NCBI GenBank assembly: GCA_050261455.1
Contig: JBLNDH010000042.1
Span: 1-57,103 of the forward strand
DNA: 57,103 nucleotides
Direction: 5' to 3'
DNA from: Bacillota bacterium
GTDB taxonomy: Bacteria; Planctomycetota; Phycisphaerae; Tepidisphaerales; Tepidisphaeraceae
Shown here: positions 43,795 to 52,500 of the stretch, one piece after another
How positions within the stretch are numbered: the stretch's first letter is position 1
Layout: the number at the start of each line of letters is the position of its first letter
Position numbers and translations under genes: made by a program
The notes under the pieces: model-generated
The model's database searches: none
Told to the model about the DNA's origin: nothing
What the model saw: only the letters and a program-made list of their open reading frames with translations

Positions 43795-44510
43795 CCCCGG
43801 AGCAGGTGATTGCCCTTCTGGATAAGGTGCCACAAAATCACCGACCCGTTTACCGGTTCATCCTCGGCACTGGCCTACGCCGGCAAGAGGCTGTGGACCT
43901 TATTTGGGGCGATGTGCATCTGGACTCGCCCACACCGTTTCTAGCCTTGCGAGCCAAGGCAACGAAGGCACGGCGAGCTGATACGTTGCCCCTGCGGGCG
44001 GACATAGCAACCGAATTGAAGCAATTGCGTGGCGATGCGAACGACGCGGATAGCGTCTTCCCTGCCTTCCCCAGCATGGCCGAGCATCGGGGGTACCTCA
44101 AGGCCGCAGGCATCCCATGGGAGGACGAACAAGGTCGCCGGGCTGACTTCCACGCTTTGAGGCATACCTATGGCACACTGCTGAGCAAGGCTGGCGTGTC
44201 GCCCCGTGAAGCCATGGAACTGATGCGCCACACCGATCTTCGCTTGACCATGAAGGTATATACCGACCCCCGATTGTTCGATTTGGCCGGAGCGGTCGAG
44301 AAACTCCCCTTGCCCACTTTCAAGCCGGCCGCCATTGCCCAGCAAGCGAACGGGACCGATGGGAAGGCTATTAATCAGGATATTGCTTCCGTACAGGTAG
44401 CAGATCGGGTAGCAACTGCTACCCTTCATGGCCCCTCACTACCCCCAATGGCGCGATCATCCGCGTCCGATAATACCGCCGTAAATGCTGGTGCTGCCCC
44501 TAACTGCAAA

Positions 44511-44540
44511 CAAAAACCCCCGATCGTCATTGACCGGGGG
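44511..44540 (-). terminator. Rho-independent terminator 4 nt after the tRNA-like 3' end (minus strand)
   Basis: Minus-strand cccccg-gtcaatgacgat-cggggg followed by tttttg. Confidence 0.55.
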
Positions 44541-44544
44541 TTAG

Positions 44545-44592
44545 TGCACCTTGTAGGACTCGAACCTACAACCTACGGCTCCGTAGGCTCCC
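44545..44592 (-). repeat. att-like direct repeat B: 3' ~48 nt of a tRNA (variable-arm-like hairpin, T-arm, acceptor 3' strand)
   Basis: The reverse complement reads gggagCCTACGGagCCGTAGGtt-GTAGG-TTCGAGT-CCTAC-AAGGTGC-A. No complementary 5' acceptor strand (gcacctt) occurs within 100 nt upstream. The core matches 26135-26160. Confidence 0.6.
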
Positions 44593-44604
44593 GTCAGCAA
44601 ACAC

Positions 44605-45099
44605 ATGACTTCGCAATCAGGGTATAATCACATCGAGTGGCATCCCATCGATAACGCGGTAAGATTGCCCCTCAATATGACGACACGCCGCAATTATTCA
44701 TCCCTGTGCAAGGACCCACATTGCTTCGATGCGGTCAGCGTGAATGGCATCGACTATGTCATTCCGGCACGACCTGGCTCAATGTTCTGGGCCGTGCTGC
44801 GTGTTCTTTACGAACGCTGCAACCAGGCGGTTTTCCCCGAGCAACTCGCAGTGGCCGTGCAGGCGTTGATGTTGGACAGGAATCCGAGAGCTTGGCAGAC
44901 GCACTGCGAACGGCCGAACAGGAAGCCCTGGAAAGAGCGTCTGATGATGACGGCGATGATGCTCACCAGGTCCAGCGGGAATGATCCTGACGGCCTGCGA
45001 CTGGCTGAGCGGGGGCATTTGCTACGCTTGGAACACGACGCCGAAGGGCGGGCGTATTTCATCCTCCGAACCAACGTGGACGCCCCGCTGGACCTTTGA
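44605..45099 (+). CDS. Hypothetical protein (start uncertain: ATG 44605 or 44677)
   Basis: 164-aa ORF. ...CFDAVSVNGIDYVIPARPGSMFWAVLRVLYERCNQAVFPEQLAVAVQALMLDRNPRAWQTHCERPNRKPWKERL...AEGRAYFILRTNV. The composition is protein-like. I recognise no family. Confidence 0.5.
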   Translation: MTSQSGYNHIEWHPIDNAVRLPLNMTTRRNYSSLCKDPHCFDAVSVNGIDYVIPARPGSMFWAVLRVLYERCNQAVFPEQLAVAVQALMLDRNPRAWQTHCERPNRKPWKERLMMTAMMLTRSSGNDPDGLRLAERGHLLRLEHDAEGRAYFILRTNVDAPLDL

Positions 45100-45583
45100 C
45101 CTCAGAAAACCGCACGCTCCGAGCCAATCCGCGCCTGCAATTGCGGACATATCCACCCAAGTATGCTGGCATTTACCAGCAATATTCCTATCGCTATACC
45201 AGCAACTTGACGGGGCGAATAGGAACATATTCCTCGCTGTCAGGTGCTACCACGTGCTCGCCGCTCATGGTTGCAGTCCGGTCATACGGCGCGAGCGAAA
45301 AGACCTTGCCGCTGGTCAGGCGACGACGGCCCTCGGATCCAGCGCGGTTCTCGCTTCGTCGGCTTCAAGTTGCAGCTTGCCTTCCGTCACCGGCGATTCC
45401 AGAATGATCGGCGTGGTCTCTGGAATGAGGTGCGCTAATCCCCACAGTGGCGAAGAACGGCTCGCTGGAACTCATGCTCGAGCCGAACGCCTTCGTGCTG
45501 ATCGAACGCTAATCCACTGCTAGACGGCCATTTCGTTGCGCGTCCGCCAGCAGTCATCTGTCAGTTACAATGTCAGGATCAAT

Positions 45584-46708
45584 ATGAAGAATCTCATTAT
45601 CTTGTGCGTTGCTGTCGTATGCGGTGCCGGGGAGATCTTTGCCAACGATAATCCAGATCACCTGAAACCGCGCTCCACGCCGCTTCTGACCGAGAATCGC
45701 AAAGGACCGAGTTATTCGATCGTGGTTCTGGGCGATACGCACTACGACAAGGCGCCGGCATCCATTTATCACTCGCACTACCTTGAGGAAAACGCGCGGT
45801 TGAACAAGGTGCAGCGTGCAGAGTTTGCGCGTAACGGCGCGATGTGGGCAGAGCGTTGTCCGCGATTGATCGAGGCCGCCGCAAAGCAGGTGCAGACAAA
45901 CACCGTATTCGCCATGCAGATGGGCGACTTGGTTCAAGGCGACTGCGGCGATCCCGAAGTGCACAAGAGGATGCTGGACGACACGCTCGACTACTTTAAG
46001 AAGGTCTTTGGCGGAACCCCCTTCCTCACCGTCACCGGCAACCACGACATCCGTGGCACGGGCGCGGCCAAGGCCTATTACGACAGGATGCCCGTACGGC
46101 TTTCCAAGGAAATGGGATTCGAGATCCCGTCCGTGAATTTCTCGTTCGTGCAGGGACCGGATCTGTTTGTTTTAGTGGACTTCAACGCTCCGGATGCGGC
46201 CGGCATCCGCAAGGCGCTGGAGGAAAACGCCAGCGCGCGTTACAAGTTCATCATCACGCACGGTTCAGTCATCCCGTCGGATAACTCTTCCGTTCGTTGG
46301 TTCCTCTTCGGCCGGGACGACAAACTACGCCGCGAGATGCGCGAGCTGTTCCTCAAGAATGATGTGATCGTCTTCGCCGGTCACTCGCATCTACTGGAGT
46401 TCCAGGAATGCGTCACGGACTCCGGCCGCATCACGCAGGTGGTCGTGAACAGTGTCTGGTCGAAGGACGATCTCGCCATACCCAAGGTCCTTGCCGACAG
46501 GCCTGCCGACTACGGAGAACGCCAGAAGGCGGAACTCGAGAACGGGAACGGCGCGAAGCTTTTGGAGGAGTACAAGCCCGCCATGACGCGTTACTATCTC
46601 GCCCAGTCCGCAGGATTCTGCCGACTCGATGTCTCGCCTTCGGGTGTGGTCGTGCAATACTTTGGCGGGGACGCGAGCACGCCAACGCTCACGTTCAAGC
46701 TTCGGTAA
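45584..46708 (+). CDS. Secreted calcineurin-like metallophosphoesterase
   Basis: Start MKNLIILCVAVVCGAGEIFA (ATG 45584). VVLGDTHYD, MGDLVQGD, VTGNHD, IITHGS and VFAGHSH. Confidence 0.85.
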   Translation: MKNLIILCVAVVCGAGEIFANDNPDHLKPRSTPLLTENRKGPSYSIVVLGDTHYDKAPASIYHSHYLEENARLNKVQRAEFARNGAMWAERCPRLIEAAAKQVQTNTVFAMQMGDLVQGDCGDPEVHKRMLDDTLDYFKKVFGGTPFLTVTGNHDIRGTGAAKAYYDRMPVRLSKEMGFEIPSVNFSFVQGPDLFVLVDFNAPDAAGIRKALEENASARYKFIITHGSVIPSDNSSVRWFLFGRDDKLRREMRELFLKNDVIVFAGHSHLLEFQECVTDSGRITQVVVNSVWSKDDLAIPKVLADRPADYGERQKAELENGNGAKLLEEYKPAMTRYYLAQSAGFCRLDVSPSGVVVQYFGGDASTPTLTFKLR

Positions 46709-46783
46709 GCCTGCAAGTGGCTGGAATTCCATGTCCTGTTTCCGGTTGAAGCGATCCTTCGGTTTCGGGTAAGTTACCTCACC

Positions 46784-49147
46784 ATGGATACGCCTGTTCC
46801 ACGAGGAAATCCTCCCGCTGTGCCGGGCGTCCGTCCGGTGCTGGACAACACCGGAACTTTCTCCAACCCGCGGGTGGCCGGGCATGATCTTCCCGATCAT
46901 CCAGAGACGCGTGCATTTCACCGAGGCTCCGCGCCGTTCATCCGCGCAGGCGCCCGGCTTCGCCGGAGGTGTTGGGCATTCCGGATCGTCCTGCTCGCCG
47001 CTTTCAGCTTCTGCTTTTTCGCCGCCGAAACACACATACACGCAGCGCCCATACCCGTCATTCTGGATACGGACATTGGCGACGACATCGATGACACTTG
47101 GGCCCTGGCCATGCTGCTGGGCATGCCGCAACTGGATCTCAAGCTGGTCGTCACCGACTACGGCAACACCCCGGAGCGAACCCGGCTCGTGGCGAAAATC
47201 CTCCAACGCGCCGGCCGCACGGACATTCCCATCGGCACCGGGATCAAGACTGGAAACGATCCCCTGAACCAGAGGCGTTGGGTGGGCGATTTCGATCTGG
47301 GCACCTATCGGGGCAAAGTTCATGCCGACGGCGTCGCGGCGCTGATTGATACCATCCGCGCGCAGCCGGGCGTCATCACCGTCATCACCATCGGTCCCGT
47401 CCCCAACATCAAGGAAGCCCTCCGCCGGGACCCGGCCATCGTGGCCAAGGCCCGCATCGTCTGCACTGGCGGCCGGATTTACAAAGGCTTTGAGAACGGC
47501 GGGAAGCCCCCGGCGGACTGGAATGTCCGGGCCGACGCCGCCTCCTGGCAGGCGATGGTCGCCGCGCCGTGGACGATCACCACGTCGCCGCTGGACGCTT
47601 CGGAGGAACTGGTGCTTCGCAGCGAGTCCTTCGCAGCGGTAGCGGCTTCGGATCATCCACTGGCCCGCATCGTCATCGAGAACTACGATCTTTGGGCCCA
47701 CCGGCGTAATCACCCCCGGGACACCAGCAGCATCCTGTACGACACGGCAGCGGTCTACCTCACCTATTCCGAGGAATACGCCCTGGTCCAGACCCGGAAA
47801 CTCACCGTAAACGACCAGGGTCACACGCTCGTCACGCCGGACGGTAAGGAAGTGCGCTGCCAACTCGGCTGGAAAGACCGCAAGGCGTTCGACGCTTTCC
47901 TGGTGAAGACGCTCACGGAATCTCCCAGAACCCAATACCATGCCCGGCCGGAACTGGTCCAGGAGGTCTTGGCGGGCAAGCGGCAGGAAGCTCGCGTGTC
48001 GTGGTGGGGATTCGATCCCGCGGATTCCACGTCGCACCTGCAGGACGCCATCAACTCGAGAGTCAAGCGGCTGATTCTCGACCGGCAACCGTCGGCGTGG
48101 GTCACGCGGCCCTTGACCGGAGTGAGCGGCCAGGAACTCGTGTTCGAGGCGGGAACCGAACTGGTGGCGTTGAGAGGCGCCTTTCGAGCCAAGGACGACT
48201 GTCTGCTCTCGTTCCGCGAATGCGAGAACGTCATTGTTCGGGGCGACCGCGGCAAGCCGGCCAGCATCCGCATGCACAAGCGGGATTATCAATCGACCTC
48301 CTATGAAAAGTCGGAATGGCGGCACGGGCTGGTGTTCTCCGGATGCCGCAATGTGCTGGTCGAAGACCTGACGATCGAACAGACGGGAGGCGACGGCATT
48401 TACCTGGGCGCGGCGGCGAAGCAGGTTCCGAACCGGAACGTGACGATCCGGCGGGTGGACTGCAACGCCAACCACCGGCAGGGCATCAGCGTCATCAGCG
48501 CAGAAGATCTGTTGATCGAGGAGTGCCGACTACGCAACACCGACGGCACGGACCCGAAGGCGGGCATTGATTTCGAGCCGAACCACCCCTCGGATTCTCT
48601 GGTCAACTGTGTGGTGCGCCGGTGCGTCGCTGAATCCAACGCGAGAACGGGCTACCAGATCTGTCCGCAGTACTTGAACAGCAGCTCAAAGCCCATCTCG
48701 ATCCACCTCGATCAGTGTGTTTCCCGTGGCAACCGGCAGCATGCCATCCACCTGTGCAGCGCCCCGAAAAATCCTCCGGTCGGACGGCTGCGGATCACAG
48801 GGCTCGTCGCGGAAAACGACGGGATGGCGGGTCTGTCCGTGCAGTTCAATCCACACGATGGGGTGCGCATTGAGATGGAAGATTCCATCCTTCGCGACTG
48901 CGCCCGGAAGGACGCCTTCTTCCCGCCGCTTTACGTGCAGGGCTCCGAGGCGGACAGCCGTCCGGCCGGCAACCTCCACTTCAAGAACGTCACGGTGAAG
49001 GATGATCGCGATCGTTCGATCCTCAAAATCCGCGACCGGAAAGGCCATGGAGTGAAGGCCATCAGCGGTGAAATCATCCTCGAACGTCAGGGCCGGAGAG
49101 AAACCATCACCATAGACGACGCATGGCTGAAAACGATGCGTGAATGA
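46784..49147 (+). CDS. Inosine-uridine-preferring nucleoside-hydrolase-like domain fused to a right-handed beta-helix (pectin-lyase-fold) domain
   Basis: 787-aa ORF. PVILDTDIGDDIDDTWALAMLLG (the DxDxxxDD signature). C-terminal parallel-beta-helix repeats GGDGIYLGAA...NVTIRRVDCNANHRQGISVISAEDLLIEECRLRNTDGTDPKAGIDFEPN. The start is uncertain. Confidence 0.85.
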   Translation: MDTPVPRGNPPAVPGVRPVLDNTGTFSNPRVAGHDLPDHPETRAFHRGSAPFIRAGARLRRRCWAFRIVLLAAFSFCFFAAETHIHAAPIPVILDTDIGDDIDDTWALAMLLGMPQLDLKLVVTDYGNTPERTRLVAKILQRAGRTDIPIGTGIKTGNDPLNQRRWVGDFDLGTYRGKVHADGVAALIDTIRAQPGVITVITIGPVPNIKEALRRDPAIVAKARIVCTGGRIYKGFENGGKPPADWNVRADAASWQAMVAAPWTITTSPLDASEELVLRSESFAAVAASDHPLARIVIENYDLWAHRRNHPRDTSSILYDTAAVYLTYSEEYALVQTRKLTVNDQGHTLVTPDGKEVRCQLGWKDRKAFDAFLVKTLTESPRTQYHARPELVQEVLAGKRQEARVSWWGFDPADSTSHLQDAINSRVKRLILDRQPSAWVTRPLTGVSGQELVFEAGTELVALRGAFRAKDDCLLSFRECENVIVRGDRGKPASIRMHKRDYQSTSYEKSEWRHGLVFSGCRNVLVEDLTIEQTGGDGIYLGAAAKQVPNRNVTIRRVDCNANHRQGISVISAEDLLIEECRLRNTDGTDPKAGIDFEPNHPSDSLVNCVVRRCVAESNARTGYQICPQYLNSSSKPISIHLDQCVSRGNRQHAIHLCSAPKNPPVGRLRITGLVAENDGMAGLSVQFNPHDGVRIEMEDSILRDCARKDAFFPPLYVQGSEADSRPAGNLHFKNVTVKDDRDRSILKIRDRKGHGVKAISGEIILERQGRRETITIDDAWLKTMRE

Positions 49148-49573
49148 GTGTCGCATCCAGACTAAGCCAAGCCCGGTACCGGGCGTCGCATTCATCGGCC
49201 CCCAATTGGGTCCCGGATTATGGTGTTAGAGACGAAGCAATCCCGCGGCACAGGACGCACTACGAGTGCTTTTATGCGGATGGCGGTGAAGTTGTGGAGC
49301 ACCGTATAGCCAGGCCCGTTTGCGTCTATTCTGAAAACAGTGCCGGATCCACTGCTCCCGCCCCTCGAGGTCGTTCCATCGGGGTGGCCAGTTCGGATCC
49401 GTTGCACCGGGCGCGGCGCGGATCTGCAGAAACAGCGGCGTGGCTCCCTGCCTGCCGGGCGACGACGGCCGGCGGCGGTACGCCTTGGCAAGCTGCGGAT
49501 GGAATAAGTGGTGGGCCAGAGCGGCGTGATCGATCGGCATTGTCCAGCGCGGCTTTGTACAATAGCAGGCCGA

Positions 49574-52500
49574 ATGAGAACTCTACGACCATCGATTTTG
49601 TTCGCCAGTTTGCTGGCTGCCTTGCTTCTGCTGTCGCCGCTGGACACCGCTTGGGCCGCTGAAATCGTCGGGCAACGCCCGTACGAGATGGTCTGGGCCG
49701 GGCGTACGGATGATGACCATCCGCCGCTGATCGACTTCGAGGACCTGACCGGCTGGCGCGTCGAGTGCAAGGATGGGAAGGCGACCCTGGAACGCACGCG
49801 TGAGCAGCAGCTTTTCGGCCGGTACGTCGCCAAGCTGACCTACCGCGGCGAAGGTGCCACGCCCGAGGTACGCATCCTGCCGCCCAGGCCCGTGGCAGCC
49901 AATCAGGCCTTCGACGCCGTCACGCTCTGGGTGTATGGGAACAACTGGGGTTGGACCACCGATCCCAGCACGCCCCAGGTCGGCATCACGGCGCTGTTCG
50001 AGGACGCGGCTGGTCGCGAGTTCTCCGTCCGGCTGCATACCGTGAACTGGAAAGAGTGGTTTCTCCTCCACAAGCGATTGGCGGGCGAGCAGATTGACCG
50101 AGCCAAGACCGGCGCGAAATTCAAGGGCCTGCTGGTCACCGGTGGCCGGAACAGCGACAATCGCGTGCTCTTTTTCGACAACCTGGCCGTTTTCACTGAG
50201 CAGTTCCCGCCACTGCAGTTCGAGCCGCGGCCGCAGCGCGGCATCGCGATGTTCCCCGGGCAGTCCCCAGGCGTCAACAGCGGCCCGGGCAAGCTGCCGT
50301 TCCCGACGCGATCGACGACGATCCTGCCCGACAACCTTGTGGCGGGATACAAGAACGCGCTCCGCCCGGCCGCGGAGGGGTATGAGTTCACGTACGAGGG
50401 CCCGGACGGCCGGCTGGTCTACCGCGTGAAGCCGGACACCGGCACGTGGAGCGACATCAATACAGAGTGGACGCCCGCATCGGCAGGACAGGAGAAAGCC
50501 CGGCCGGTCGCCCTGCAGCCCTGCGTCGACGGAGGCGTGCTCCTGGCGACCGCGAAGGGCGAGGTGGCGCCCGAGAAGGCCGAGCATCTCGGCACGCAGG
50601 CCGGGGAATCGGCGGTGGAATCACGCTGGCGCCTGTCGGCCGCGGGTGTGTCGGCCGAGGTCACGTACAACTACCGCATGTGGGGCAAGTCGCTGGTCAT
50701 CGACGTGCTGGCGCCGGGCGGCAACATCGCGGAAGTGCGCTTTGGCCGCGCCGTCGGGCTCGCCAACCCCAGGCTGGTGACCAATCCGTTCTACCCCGCG
50801 GAGGGTGGCCGCCCGGCCGTCGCGGTGGGCGATGCGCCGCAGGGGCCGGTCTTCCTCACGGGCAACGCCGACTGGTACCTCTCCAACGCCTCGACCCTCC
50901 GGGGCGCCAACTCCATCGCAGCCCAGGGCGTCATCTACAACGGCGGCACACGCTATGTCCCGCTCACCAACGGCAAACGCAATGACTGCTTCGAGCGATT
51001 CTTTGTCACGATCTCGCCCCGTTACGAAGAAATGCTGCCACGGATCGCCAACCCGCCTTCGCCATGGAAGCAGATCACCGGTACACGCCTGTGGCGGGCG
51101 CACGGAGCCAGCAACCGCGAGCATGATGCCCGCTATTGGGAGAATGTTCATCGCCATGGTATGACCCAGGTGGTTGTCACCGATCACGAGACGATCTGGC
51201 GCGATGAGGGCGAGAGCTTCACCTTCCGCACCCGTGCCGCGCCGGGCAAAGGCGGCGACAAGGGCGCCTTCGATTATGCCCGCCTGATGCAGGATAAACT
51301 TGGCTTTGTCTATGGCCCGTACAACAACTACACCGATTTCGCGCCGGTGAACGAGTTCTGGAACGTGGATATGGTGTCGCGCGATCCGCAGAACCAGCTT
51401 CAGCACGCGTGGATGCGATGCTACGCGCCCAAGCCTGCCCGCGCCGTCGAGTACTGCGCCCGCCTGGCGCCGCAGATCCAGGAGAAGTTCAAGTTCAGCA
51501 CCGCCTACTGTGACGTACACACGGCCGTGGCGCCGTGGCACCGGGTCGATTATGACCCGCGTGTGCCGGGGGCTGGCACATTCGCCGCCGTCTTCTATGC
51601 CTACGGCGAGATCATGCTTCACCAGAAGAAGGCATGGAGCGGGCCGGTCTATTCGGAGGGCAACTATCACTGCTTTTACATGGGGCTGACCGACGGGAAC
51701 TACGGGCAGGACCAGAGCTATCAGCTGGCCGAGAATCCCTGGCTGGTCGACTTTGACCTGCGACGGATGCACGACCTGGGCTGCAACTTCGGCATGGGCA
51801 ACCTGGAGATGTTCTACTCCAACGTACGACAGCCGCGCAATACTCCCGAAGAACGCGATGCTGAACTCGACCGCTTCCTGGCGGCTACGGTAGCATTCGG
51901 CCATCCAGGATTCCTGGTCATGGAAGGCGGCATGGGCAACGCGTTGCGAAGCTACTACATGCTCCAGCAGCTTCACAGCCGCTACTGCCTGGCGAGCGCT
52001 GCCGACATCCGCTATGCCACCGGCGATGGAAAGCTGCTGGACACCAGCCATGCAGTAGCCAGCGGCGACTACAAGCGTTCCCAGGTGGTCGTTCGCTACA
52101 GCGACGGGACAATCACGGCCGCCAATGGAAGCAAGACGGAACGGATGGTCGTCGAGGCATTCGGGCGAAAGCTCGATCTGCCCCCCAATGGGTATGCCGG
52201 CTGGACCGCCGATGGTGTGATCGATGTTCTCAGCGGCGATATGGGAGGCAAACGCTGCGACTATGCGGCGACGCCTGCCTACCTCTATGTGGACGGCCGC
52301 GGGCAGTTCGTGCGATTCACGAAAGCCGCCGGCAACGGCGCGGGCATCTGCCGGGTCCTTCCCAATGGACAGTACGAGATCATCCCGCACAATGGCGCGG
52401 AATGCGGCTTTGCAGTAGAGGCGACGAAGGCCGTGGCGCTCGACAAGGACCGCAACGAACTTGGCCCCGCGCCGTTGCGCGTTTCCCGCGGGCTGACCTA

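Larger units (their letters stand above)
26135..44570. mobile_element. 18.4-kb segment bounded by 25/26-nt direct tRNA-3'-end repeats (candidate integrated element)
   Basis: Direct repeats at 26135-26160 and 44545-44570. The interior holds integrase 2, two Xis-type HTH genes, primase-helicase and DUF3987, with no virion or conjugation genes. Confidence 0.5.
43771..44627 (+). pseudogene. Tyrosine recombinase (integrase 3), catalytic domain only. It is a homologue of integrase 1 and inverted relative to it.
   Basis: RRARRALTPEQVIALLDKVPQNHRPVYRFILGTGLRRQEAVDLIWGDVHLDS...RADFHALRHTYGTLLSKAGVSPREAMELMRHTDLRLTMKVYTDPRLFDLAGAVEKLP parallels integrase 1 residue by residue. The N-terminal ~190 aa are absent. 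The open frame runs on through a terminator and the tRNA-like fragment. Confidence 0.8.
14265..45535. mobile_element. Composite, heavily decayed integrative/defence island interrupting a CAZyme locus
   Basis: The left edge is the truncated GH43 (14264). The right edge lies before the metallophosphoesterase (45584). The island contains 3 integrase loci plus scraps, Xis/AlpA-type HTH genes, att-like tRNA fragments, a replication module, IS scraps and defence-gene remnants. Confidence 0.55.

Noticed and set aside
46391-48475. 694-aa minus-strand ORF
   Set aside because: Antisense to the metallophosphoesterase 3' end and the nucleoside-hydrolase/beta-helix gene. Shadow-frame composition.
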